From: a virus
DNA length: 35,862 bases
Strand: one strand, 5' to 3'
Virus genome (UHGV): UHGV-0385955
Shown: in pieces, positions 1-7,583 of the stretch
Layout: every line of letters begins with the position of its first letter
Position numbering within the stretch: the first letter of the stretch is position 1
Made by a program: the position numbers and the translations under genes
Notes under the pieces: generated by a model
The model's database searches: none
What the model was told of the DNA's origin: nothing
Seen by the model: the letters and a program-made list of their open reading frames with translations, nothing else

Positions 1-463
1 CAGAGCGCTTATTGATCATATTTGCACGTATAGGCATAGGGTAAGCCAGAACCTTATCGAAAAATATCTGCTCGAAAATCTTGAAAGAGAGTACGAAAAG
101 TATAAGGTCCGCACCAACCAGATCAGCGAAGAGTTAAAAAAGCAAAAGAAAGCGAAAGATCCGAAAAAGCTTAGAAAAGAAATGGAACGATTAAATTTGT
201 TATTTCAAAAGGGGCGGATCTCTTTTGAATATTACGATACGGAATACAACCGGCTAGAAGAAGAATACGTGCACTCTTCCAACCCATGCCAACAAAAAGA
301 AGAAGCTCGCAATACACGATACATAGAAGAATTGCTGCAAACTGATTTTCGGCAGATGTACAACTCTCTTTTGCTCGAAAACAGGCGTTCTTTTTGGCGA
401 TCCACAATACAGGAGATTTACCTAAATGATGACAATACGATTAAAGCTGTAGATTTTTTATAA
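1..463 (+). CDS. Large serine recombinase (integrase), C-terminal part (coiled-coil region). It continues the ORF that leaves the window at 35862. Partial at the window start.
   Basis: Frame 2 is open from base 2 to TAA at 461..463, although the track only reports it from M at 182. The terminal 2 nt (aa) plus base 1 (c) give AAC, then AGA GCG CTT follows in frame. The charged, coiled-coil-like sequence (EELKKQKKAKDPKKLRKEMERLNLLFQKGRISFEYYDTEYNRLEEEY) is typical of the region after the LSR zinc ribbon. Confidence 0.75.
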   Translation, partial: RALIDHICTYRHRVSQNLIEKYLLENLEREYEKYKVRTNQISEELKKQKKAKDPKKLRKEMERLNLLFQKGRISFEYYDTEYNRLEEEYVHSSNPCQQKEEARNTRYIEELLQTDFRQMYNSLLLENRRSFWRSTIQEIYLNDDNTIKAVDFL

Positions 464-467
464 TCTG

Positions 468-517
468 TTTTGTACTAAGTGTTTAGCCCCATTTGGGGCA
501 GTATAATTAGTACAAAA
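468..517. other. 50-bp dyad-symmetric site, candidate attP for the serine integrase. The alternative is a bidirectional terminator-like hairpin.
   Basis: TTTTGTACTAA (468..478) and TTAGTACAAAA (507..517) form a perfect 11-bp inverted repeat. An inner perfect inverted repeat, GCCCCA (486..491) / TGGGGC (494..499), flanks a central TT (492..493). No U-tract follows on either strand. The site lies 5 nt after the int stop codon. Confidence 0.4.
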
Positions 518-532
518 TAAATGATACAATAT

Positions 533-712
533 TCAGGACGGCAGATCCATCCGTCCAACACTCATATACGCCGCCCGTAAAAAGGTGTGCATCATTTCGG
601 TTGTCAGAGTCATACCTTCTGGCAGCCGGAACTTGAATGTATTACCTGGTATCTCCAAAAACTCTTGGTAAAGCAAAAATGTATCGTAAGATTCGTATAT
701 TTGATATTCCAT
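533..712 (-). CDS. Small hypothetical protein, about 59 aa. The track ORF is 533..727, and the probable start is the internal ATG at 712.
   Basis: The ORF has RBS GGAGGGGATAGAT before the ATG at 712. An extended -10 (TGATATAAT) lies upstream on the minus strand, at about 735..745. Confidence 0.45.
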   Translation of the reverse strand: MEYQIYESYDTFLLYQEFLEIPGNTFKFRLPEGMTLTTEMMHTFLRAAYMSVGRMDLPS

Positions 713-775
713 ATCTATCCCCTCCATTTATTCCATTATATCATAAAAATATTTTAAAAACTTTTCATTTTCCTA

Positions 776-804
776 TTGACTTTACGCCTTATAAGACGTA
801 TAAT
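776..804 (+). promoter_or_regulatory. Sigma70-type promoter, TTGACT-N17-TATAAT
   Basis: TTGACT lies at 776..781 and TATAAT at 799..804 with a 17-nt spacer. RBS AAAGGAGA follows at 823..830, 8 nt before the ATG at 839. Confidence 0.6.
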
Positions 805-838
805 AAGGCCATAAGATAAAGCAAAGGAGATACGAAAA

Positions 839-1264
839 ATGAAAAAATACAACTTATCAAAAATTATGAAAAGAGCATGGGAACTGGTAAAGAAAACATC
901 CTTCGGAATCTCCGAAGCTTTAAAGAAAGCATGGAAAGAAGCGAAAATGGGAGGAACAAAAATGACAGGAACAGAGAAACAGATCAGTTTTGCAAACGAT
1001 CTGATCAAAAAAATGAACGAGCAGTTTGATGCACTGATCGCAGAGTGCAAGGCAAAATATCCGGAAAGCGTGAGCATGTGGGAATCTCGCAAGGAAGAAT
1101 ACAACAGAATCCTTTCCGAATCTGATGCCGGACTCGTAATTGATCTGCTGAAGTGGAACAATGAAACAGCTTACATGAAATACTACCAGAGACTTATGTT
1201 TGATCTTAAACACGAACGCAATACAATGTGTAAAAGAATTTTAAGTGAAGTTTACGGAAAATAA
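839..1264 (+). CDS. Hypothetical protein, 141 aa, lysogeny-side accessory gene
   Basis: It has a strong consensus promoter and RBS. It is lysine-rich and helical. I recognise no family. Confidence 0.7.
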   Translation: MKKYNLSKIMKRAWELVKKTSFGISEALKKAWKEAKMGGTKMTGTEKQISFANDLIKKMNEQFDALIAECKAKYPESVSMWESRKEEYNRILSESDAGLVIDLLKWNNETAYMKYYQRLMFDLKHERNTMCKRILSEVYGK

Positions 1265-1294
1265 TTACAAGAAAGACATTGTAGCAAGACGCAA

Positions 1295-1786
1295 GTGATG
1301 TATATGCTGACCTATCGGCTACGGGGAGAAATGGAGAAAATCATGGCAGAATTAAAAGAACTCAGAAAATTTATGAATATGACGCAAAAAGAATTGGCAG
1401 AAAAATCTGGAATCAACCTACGGCAGATACAAAAGTACGAGTATGGAGAGTACGATACAAGCAAAATGATGCTTAGAAATGCAATCGCACTGGCAGATGC
1501 ACTGGAATGCGATGTTAGGGAATTGTCGGAGTTGAACTTGAATATTTTTACAAACGAAGCGAAGAAAGCCATAAAAGATGGAGAAATGGACTTACATGAT
1601 CTTTTAAGGATGGACAAATACCAGAAAATCAAAAAGCTAAGCAAGATCGGAGAATTTGAAAGTACTTTTTACGAAAGCTATAAATGGATCCCGGAAACAC
1701 TGTTTGATAAATTAACACCAGATGAGCTTGCGAAGCTTGTAGATAGCTTTTATGACTGTTATAGCTCTGGTAAAAATGCAAGATAA
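1295..1786 (+). CDS. XRE-family HTH transcriptional regulator with an uncharacterised C-terminal domain. The probable start is the ATG at 1343.
   Basis: HTH_3-like motif MTQKELAEKSGINLRQIQKYE. RBS GGAGAAAA precedes the ATG at 1343. Confidence 0.75.
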   Translation: MMYMLTYRLRGEMEKIMAELKELRKFMNMTQKELAEKSGINLRQIQKYEYGEYDTSKMMLRNAIALADALECDVRELSELNLNIFTNEAKKAIKDGEMDLHDLLRMDKYQKIKKLSKIGEFESTFYESYKWIPETLFDKLTPDELAKLVDSFYDCYSSGKNAR

Positions 1787-1788
1787 AA

Positions 1789-1820
1789 GGATAAGCTTAA
1801 TGCTTATCCCTATCTTTTAG
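1789..1820 (+). terminator. Rho-independent terminator after the XRE gene
   Basis: Stem GGATAAGC (1789..1796) pairs with GCTTATCC (1802..1809) around loop TTAAT, followed by CTATCTTTTAG. Confidence 0.55.
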
Positions 1821-1835
1821 ATTTAAATATACTGT

Positions 1836-1949
1836 TAATATTTCAATCCGCGTCCGCCGGAATTGCTGGCAGAACCGCACACCAAAGCATCCATTAGGTG
1901 CGACAACTTTAATATCTCGTATTAAAGTTACTACTAATATTTCAATCCG
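1836..1949. repeat. Two copies of a 15-bp exact direct repeat, TAATATTTCAATCCG (1836..1850 and 1935..1949). Each copy is about 20 bp with flanking near-identity. They bracket perfect inverted repeats.
   Basis: Direct sequence comparison. The period is 99 bp. An inverted repeat AACTTTAATA / TATTAAAGTT lies at 1905..1929 and a hairpin CGCACC..GGTGCG at about 1876..1903. Confidence 0.5.
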
Positions 1950-2073
1950 TGAAACTGTGATTTGCCCAGTTTCCGCAATACAGAGCATCATCTGTATTGG
2001 ACATCTTTACAATACCACATTTTCCCGGATATGTAAATACATCCAGAAAATTTATCTAACAATTGTAAAGTTT

Positions 2074-2109
2074 CCCCTCAGAGAGCTAATCTCCGAGGGG
2101 ATTTTATTA
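2074..2109. terminator. Hairpin at the convergent junction. It reads as a terminator on + and lies just past the amidase stop on -.
   Basis: CCCCTC (2074..2079) and GAGGGG (2095..2100) pair, with an inner stem AGAGA / TCTCC, followed by ATTTTATTA. Confidence 0.45.
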
Positions 2110-2844
2110 GATGGATGTAGATGGTTTTCTGTTCAGCACCGCAAGTAATCTTGCGTGCCACGGCGCGATTGGACTCCATTTGTAGCACGGCATATCTTTT
2201 CCGTTGTTGTCCTTGTAAATCTGCTGAACGATTTTCAGCTCGTCCGGATGCGCCAATGTGATTACTTTATATCCATCAAAATAAAATACTGCACCTTTTC
2301 CCTCAACTGTAAATAAACATCTCATCTCTTCATTTTCTCCTTCCTGTTCAACCACGTTTTGATTTCCATCCATCAATTCCTTGATTCGTTTGATAAAATA
2401 GGCTTTTGTCTGCGCTGCACCGCCGTGAATCTCTACTGATCTGTGCGGACAAGCGGTTGCAAACACCTCCTGATGTAGCATGATCGTGCTTTCGTTTGGT
2501 ACGATTCCGTATTGCTTACACTTCTCAGCGGCCAACTGCAATGCTTTTTCCTCGTTTGCTTTAAATACATCCAGATCACCCATACTCTGGCATACCTCAA
2601 TACTCAAAAAATTGAGATTTCCGTTTAAGTCACCACAATGCCAAGCGCAGTTAGAATCATCCTCTGCCTGCAAAATCCCATCACTGCACACGTAATAATG
2701 AGCAAATCCGTTTTCCAAGTTTGCATTTTGCAAATAATTCTGGTAATACTCTGCCGTTGCATTCTGGCTGTCTGCACCATTGTGGATAAAAATACCGACA
2801 GGATTCTTCCCTCTCCTGCCGGAAATTCCTCTACAGATACTCAT
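2107..2844 (-). CDS. Endolysin, N-acetylmuramoyl-L-alanine amidase (Amidase_2/PGRP fold), with a C-terminal cell-wall-binding region
   Basis: The N-terminus IFIHNGADSQNATAEYYQNY, WHCGD, EVC and HQEV..ACPHRS match the Amidase_2 zinc-ligand pattern. It is the last gene of the lytic operon, after the holin. Confidence 0.85.
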   Translation of the reverse strand: MSICRGISGRRGKNPVGIFIHNGADSQNATAEYYQNYLQNANLENGFAHYYVCSDGILQAEDDSNCAWHCGDLNGNLNFLSIEVCQSMGDLDVFKANEEKALQLAAEKCKQYGIVPNESTIMLHQEVFATACPHRSVEIHGGAAQTKAYFIKRIKELMDGNQNVVEQEGENEEMRCLFTVEGKGAVFYFDGYKVITLAHPDELKIVQQIYKDNNGKDMPCYKWSPIAPWHARLLAVLNRKPSTSI

Positions 2845-2930
2845 TCTTTCTCTTCCTCCTGCTCTTCTGTCTCAAATACCTTTTCCAGTTCCTCTGCGGA
2901 TACCCTTCCAAATTCGTTCTGTTCGCTCAT
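2841..2930 (-). CDS. Small acidic ORF, 29 aa (MSEQNEFGRVSAEELEKVFETEEQEEEKE), overlapping the amidase start by 4 nt
   Basis: Strong RBS GGAGGTGAGACC before the ATG at 2930. The stop overlaps the amidase ATG in an ATGA arrangement. Confidence 0.3.
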   Translation of the reverse strand: MSEQNEFGRVSAEELEKVFETEEQEEEKE

Positions 2931-2954
2931 GGTCTCACCTCCTCCGTGCGTGTC

Positions 2955-2988
2955 GCACAATAAAAGAGAGCCTGTTTCCAAGCTCTCT
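2955..2988 (-). terminator. Terminator-like hairpin between the holin and endolysin genes
   Basis: Stem AGAGAGC (2965..2971) pairs with GCTCTCT (2982..2988). On the minus-strand RNA the hairpin is followed by UUUUAUUGU. Confidence 0.4.
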
Positions 2989-2996
2989 GAAATTAC

Positions 2997-3245
2997 CTAC
3001 TTATATGTAAGTGCCCTCTCTGAATCTCCTGCTCCCGGTGTTGTTGGGTCTACCACTACACCAAGGATTGCCAGTACTGCAAAGAGCGCATTGATTACGG
3101 TCAACAGCTTATCCCCAAGGTCTCCGAGATCGATCGCAAATCCAAACACTGCCGCAATAGCCTGTACCAACAGCAAGAGTGCCGGGATCAGTGCTACCCA
3201 GAATGCCTTGTTTTTGATTCTTACAATCCAATTGATTTTTTTCAT
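2997..3245 (-). CDS. Holin, phage phi-LC3 family
   Basis: The N-terminus MKKINWIVRIKNKAFWVALIPALLLLVQ matches the phi-LC3 holin family signature. It has one or two transmembrane segments and sits beside the endolysin. Confidence 0.8.
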   Translation of the reverse strand: MKKINWIVRIKNKAFWVALIPALLLLVQAIAAVFGFAIDLGDLGDKLLTVINALFAVLAILGVVVDPTTPGAGDSERALTYK

Positions 3246-3258
3246 GGTTCTACCTCCT

Positions 3259-3540
3259 TTAAAAAAGCATTGCTGCTACTGCACCGATAATAGCTCCAAT
3301 GAGAGCGGTAACAACCCCATCCCATCTCTTAGCTGGTGTCTGCTCAAGATGCGTCACCTTTGCGGTGAGTTGTACCAACGTCTGGTTCATGAAGCCGACC
3401 TCTTTGGTTAGCCCTACCATTTCTTGTGCCAGTTGATGTACCACGCTCACAACGTCCTCTGCTTCTTTCATTCGATGCTTTAATGAGCCGATTTCTTTTC
3501 CGTGCTCTGCAAGTTTCACTTCTACTTCATTTTCTGTCAT
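3259..3540 (-). CDS. XhlA-like (haemolysin XhlA family) lysis-associated membrane protein. Probable start at 3540.
   Basis: It has a coiled-coil N-terminus and a C-terminal transmembrane segment (VVTALIGAIIGAVAAMLF). RBS GGAGGGAAAAC precedes the ATG at 3540. It lies upstream of the holin. Confidence 0.6.
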   Translation of the reverse strand: MTENEVEVKLAEHGKEIGSLKHRMKEAEDVVSVVHQLAQEMVGLTKEVGFMNQTLVQLTAKVTHLEQTPAKRWDGVVTALIGAIIGAVAAMLF

Positions 3541-3612
3541 GTTTTCCCTCCGGTTTTTAAAGTATAAAAATAAGACCATTACGGTCTTGCTCTGATCTCC
3601 ATATTCGCTCCT

Positions 3613-6114
3613 TTAGTCATCCGTGATCCATGTAAATGTCTTTATGCGCTCACAGTAGTCTGTCTTGCCAGTTACAATGGATATTCCTCCGTCTTTTGTA
3701 ATGTAATACCTGCCAGTCCCGATAATTGACGTACCAACCAATTCGCTGTACGTCTCTACTATGTCTACGACTGGTCGATATCCTCCAGGGATCTTTAATT
3801 CGTCGAACGGTCCGTGCGATCCTGTGTTTGGAAATTGTATAAGTGCCGTGATTTTACATGTAACCACGCACCCTCTCCTTTTTAGCTCCGCCTGTATATA
3901 GTTGGATGGGTTTGTGCTGGCGAATGGTCCTTTTATCTTTCCGGAGTCATAATTTGTTGCTTTAGATATGTTCATTTCGTATGATCCGGAGTTTTTAACA
4001 AATATACCGTCCCGTTTAAAATTAACAAGGTTTGAAATGGTGGCTCCGTCAAAATACTGCGCAATCTGCGTTGGGAATATAGACAAGTTTGTGTGTCTGC
4101 CGCTGTCCATCCCATTCGCTACAAATACGCCCTTGCTTATCGCAGAGCTGTTTATCCCGTTTTCATCTTCGGAGTAGATCTCTCCGGTATTTACCTGGAT
4201 AAAAAAGTGTCCGTCCAGACTCTTTATAAGTCCAGCGGTTACAGTTCCGAGGTTTGCGGCAATCGCACTTAGCGTCTCTACATTCAGATTTTCTACAGAA
4301 ATGTAATAGATCGCCCATTTACTTCCATCCCATCTTTTAATCGGCTCTCCACTTGCTGTCTGCCAGAGCTGTCCAACTTTTGGATTTTCCGGGGGTGTGG
4401 GAGATATGATAATTCCACTATCCCCTGTCTCTCCGTTGTCTCCACGTACACCGATAATCACAGGTGTGGTCTTGGTTTCCGTGCTATTGGTGTACCGGAT
4501 AAGGTCGTAGCTCCATAGGTTTTTCTTGGTTTCGGTCATGTCTTGCTTCGTGTCCGTCCATCCCGGAGAGGATACCGTGATTCCCGTGCTTTTTTCGGAT
4601 GCCAGATAATACTTGGTCACACTCTCGATTCCTACACCGTCCTTTCCGTCATCCCCGTTTTTTCCAGGATCTCCCGGTGCTCCATCGTCCACCTTGGTGA
4701 TTGTTACCTCATAATATCCACGCCGGATTCCATTTTCAGTTGCCACGAAAGAGTACACCGCCTTGGTATCCACATCCTCTGCATTTACTGTCACGCTCCT
4801 ACCTACATAAAACTCTGTCCCATCTTTACTCCACCGGATTTCCAGATTTCCAGACACATCCACACCGTTGTTGTAAGCGTAGGCAGTCAGTGTAGTGCTG
4901 CCGATGCCGTTTTTAAAGATAATGCCGTTGTTTGTAGAGATGGAACAGGTGTAGACTTTATTTTTTGAAATCAAGTCCTGCATCCTTTTGATGAGATCGT
5001 CGGATATTTCGGATGTAAGCTCTTTGTAGTTTGTAAATACCGTCTTTGCAGTTTTTGGATTGGTAAGACTCCTGATCTGTTCTGATACTCTTGCCTGTAG
5101 ATAAAGGACTGGTGTCCACTCCTGATCCTGCATCCTTACCGTATCCCCGATGTTGGTGTCAAAATATCCGTCCACCTCGTAGGTTACTACTGGCTCGGAT
5201 GCGGTCTTGAGGTCAGATAATGCCATGCTGTACAGCTTGTCCTTGCTGTCTGTATCGTACTCTTTACGCATTAGGATATAAGCATCAGCCTTATTTACGA
5301 TGTTGGATGGGAACCGGTCCCTTGCCTGTGGTGCGCGGATGATCGCACCGTCTGTAAAGTACTCGATATTGCCGTTTTCATCGTATTCTTTCTTGTCAAG
5401 ACCATTGATTGTCAGACCGTCCTTTCCGGTCGGCTGGATGCAGGTGTAAAGCTTCTCGGCATCTGTGGTTTTTCGAATTCCGGTAATTCCTTTCCCGTAC
5501 CGCAGTACAATGTCATTCCGGTATTCTCCGACTCCGCTGTCTGTATCGGAGTGTTTCCGATATACATTTAGGACAATCTCTTTTAAAGAGTAGTCTCTGT
5601 TCAGTACTGTCTCAAATTCGATCTCCGCAGAAAAAACATTGGCCAGAGAAAATAATCTCTTTAACACGGTCGTTGTGCCAGTCCATTCGTTGGTAATCCG
5701 TTTGTCCGACACCTCATTGAGTCCCAATTTAAGCGTTCTCTCAGCGTCAAACACGGCAAGGTACTCTTCAAAGCTCATTGCCCTTCCGGCTTTGTATTCG
5801 CCAGCATCCTCGTTAATAAGCTCAAACGACAGTGACCATGCCGTAGCGGAAATCGTCTGCTCCGTCTGATCGGTATTTACAATATTTAAGTAGTAAGATT
5901 TACCCTTGTAAGTAAATGCCACCTTGTTTCCGACTGTAACATGTTCTGCGTCTGGATGCTTTGCATTTACCGTAAAAGTATAGGTATTCGCCGCTCCCTG
6001 CAAATACTCATGCAGATCATCATCCCAGTAGTGCATAGACTTTTTGTGTGCATTATCCATAAATGCTATAGGCGTGTTATTTGCACTTAAAATTGCAATT
6101 CTAATACTGTCCAT
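3613..6114 (-). CDS. Tail-associated lysin / receptor-binding tail tip protein (Tal). It has a prophage-tail-endopeptidase-type N-terminus and a collagen-like Gly-X-Y stretch.
   Basis: 833 aa. It follows the Dit gene directly. A GAPGDPGKNGDDGKDGVG repeat is present. Confidence 0.8.
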   Translation of the reverse strand: MDSIRIAILSANNTPIAFMDNAHKKSMHYWDDDLHEYLQGAANTYTFTVNAKHPDAEHVTVGNKVAFTYKGKSYYLNIVNTDQTEQTISATAWSLSFELINEDAGEYKAGRAMSFEEYLAVFDAERTLKLGLNEVSDKRITNEWTGTTTVLKRLFSLANVFSAEIEFETVLNRDYSLKEIVLNVYRKHSDTDSGVGEYRNDIVLRYGKGITGIRKTTDAEKLYTCIQPTGKDGLTINGLDKKEYDENGNIEYFTDGAIIRAPQARDRFPSNIVNKADAYILMRKEYDTDSKDKLYSMALSDLKTASEPVVTYEVDGYFDTNIGDTVRMQDQEWTPVLYLQARVSEQIRSLTNPKTAKTVFTNYKELTSEISDDLIKRMQDLISKNKVYTCSISTNNGIIFKNGIGSTTLTAYAYNNGVDVSGNLEIRWSKDGTEFYVGRSVTVNAEDVDTKAVYSFVATENGIRRGYYEVTITKVDDGAPGDPGKNGDDGKDGVGIESVTKYYLASEKSTGITVSSPGWTDTKQDMTETKKNLWSYDLIRYTNSTETKTTPVIIGVRGDNGETGDSGIIISPTPPENPKVGQLWQTASGEPIKRWDGSKWAIYYISVENLNVETLSAIAANLGTVTAGLIKSLDGHFFIQVNTGEIYSEDENGINSSAISKGVFVANGMDSGRHTNLSIFPTQIAQYFDGATISNLVNFKRDGIFVKNSGSYEMNISKATNYDSGKIKGPFASTNPSNYIQAELKRRGCVVTCKITALIQFPNTGSHGPFDELKIPGGYRPVVDIVETYSELVGTSIIGTGRYYITKDGGISIVTGKTDYCERIKTFTWITDD

Positions 6115-7583
6115 TACAAGTAAACCTCCCGTATTTTTGCTTTAATCTGTGGCGGCGGAGCAGAGAAAGAAGAGTAGCAGAACTGTACTTCCGTTGTTCC
6201 GGGCGGAACTTTTGGATAATTAGATCCATCAATCTCATCTCTTTTTGCCGGCATCCCGTTAACATAGACCTTTGTACTCTCTCCATTTATGGACACCACA
6301 TCTCCAGCACGATACCGGTTCGGCACATCTCGGTATTTTTCCACGTTATCCTTACGGAACCAGATACTTTTTAAATAATTGTGCGTGACGTACTGGTTCG
6401 TGAGGTTTCTGTCTCCCCACTGCCCGATCCAGATCTGGATTTTTTCGCATTCCATATCCTTAATCTCTGGTATGTTTCGCTCCATATAACTTCCATACCA
6501 GAAAATCCGCAGCTTTTCTCCCTCTTTTAAAAAGTCGTTGTGGCATCCCATTTTTAGGTTAAACGGATTGCCCTCGTAGGCTGTCGACTGGAACTCTTCC
6601 CGTCTGAGCAAGGTGTTCCCTGGGGCAAACCACTCGATACGCGCCGTATTACCTGTGGCATCACTCTTGTTAATAGACATGGAGCAGATCACTTCATTTT
6701 TCCTTGTAAGAAACGCAATAGTCTGTGCTCCCGTCTGTCCCATCAATCCAGTCTCGAACCAGTGCTGGGTGTAACAGTAAAAGTTCTTCGCTCCACGTCT
6801 GCCCTCGCTGTCCACCGGGATAGTAAGGGTTTTCATTCCACCGTTCCAGTATCCGGATGTTGCCTGTCCACCTTTTAATGCCATGACGTTATATCCGGCA
6901 ACATTCTTGACTTCGAGTGTTCCCTGTGTGGTATTTTCTGGATTCTGATAAGAGGTGCCGCGATCGTCCTGAAACAAGCTATAACCGTTAAACAGTTCTT
7001 CAGATGCTTCGTAATTCTCTCCGTCTGTCTCTTCTTGCTTGCCGAGCTGGATCACTCCATACTGACTAACCAGTCCGATAAAGCCGTTTTCGTGCTGGTG
7101 CGTGATCTCATAGTCCACATCCGCCCATTCGGTGCCGTTGTTTTTAATGGTTATGGTCTGGTAGCCGTCTTCCTGTACTCCGTCAAAGGTAAATTCTGCG
7201 GTTGAGTACGCTACCCCATCCGGAATGAGCCATGTGATCGTGCCTTTCCCAAACATTGCAACCTGTGTTATATCAAAATTACCGTCAGGGACAGCATAAA
7301 AATAGCGATCCGGATAATTCCCAAACACAAGCCTTTTCGGCTCTGTGACGTTCAGGATTTTCTGAATCGCGTCATAGCTTGCCAAGATATCGCCTTTAAT
7401 TTCAAAGGGCATTTCAAGCGTCTTTGATTTATATGTTATGTAGCCAAAATCCTCTCCTTTTGCACTTTCTGCTCCGTCAAGGAGTTCCGACTCTCTATTT
7501 ACTCCGCTAAACGGAGAGAACCCGGACAATACACTTAAGTATCGCCCGAGTTCCTGATCGTCAAATTTTACTGATAGGCTCAA
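6114..7583 (-). CDS. Distal tail protein (Dit, Sipho_tail family) with a C-terminal extension
   Basis: 489 aa. It lies between the tape measure and Tal genes, which is the canonical siphovirus order. Confidence 0.75.
   Translation of the reverse strand: MSLSVKFDDQELGRYLSVLSGFSPFSGVNRESELLDGAESAKGEDFGYITYKSKTLEMPFEIKGDILASYDAIQKILNVTEPKRLVFGNYPDRYFYAVPDGNFDITQVAMFGKGTITWLIPDGVAYSTAEFTFDGVQEDGYQTITIKNNGTEWADVDYEITHQHENGFIGLVSQYGVIQLGKQEETDGENYEASEELFNGYSLFQDDRGTSYQNPENTTQGTLEVKNVAGYNVMALKGGQATSGYWNGGMKTLTIPVDSEGRRGAKNFYCYTQHWFETGLMGQTGAQTIAFLTRKNEVICSMSINKSDATGNTARIEWFAPGNTLLRREEFQSTAYEGNPFNLKMGCHNDFLKEGEKLRIFWYGSYMERNIPEIKDMECEKIQIWIGQWGDRNLTNQYVTHNYLKSIWFRKDNVEKYRDVPNRYRAGDVVSINGESTKVYVNGMPAKRDEIDGSNYPKVPPGTTEVQFCYSSFSAPPPQIKAKIREVYL

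Noticed and set aside
1797-2148. Short ORFs at 1797..1991 (-) and 1957..2148 (+)
   Set aside because: They lie in the hairpin-rich intergenic tract, have no RBS, and overlap terminator structures.
2638-3411. 257-aa + strand ORF (plus 2780..3010 and 2480..2695)
   Set aside because: It is antisense to the well-supported amidase, holin and XhlA-like genes. It is a low-complexity Ser/Leu-rich translation with no RBS.
6101-6286. 61-aa minus-strand ORF overlapping the Tal and Dit junction
   Set aside because: It is out of frame and overlaps two strongly supported genes, with no independent signals.
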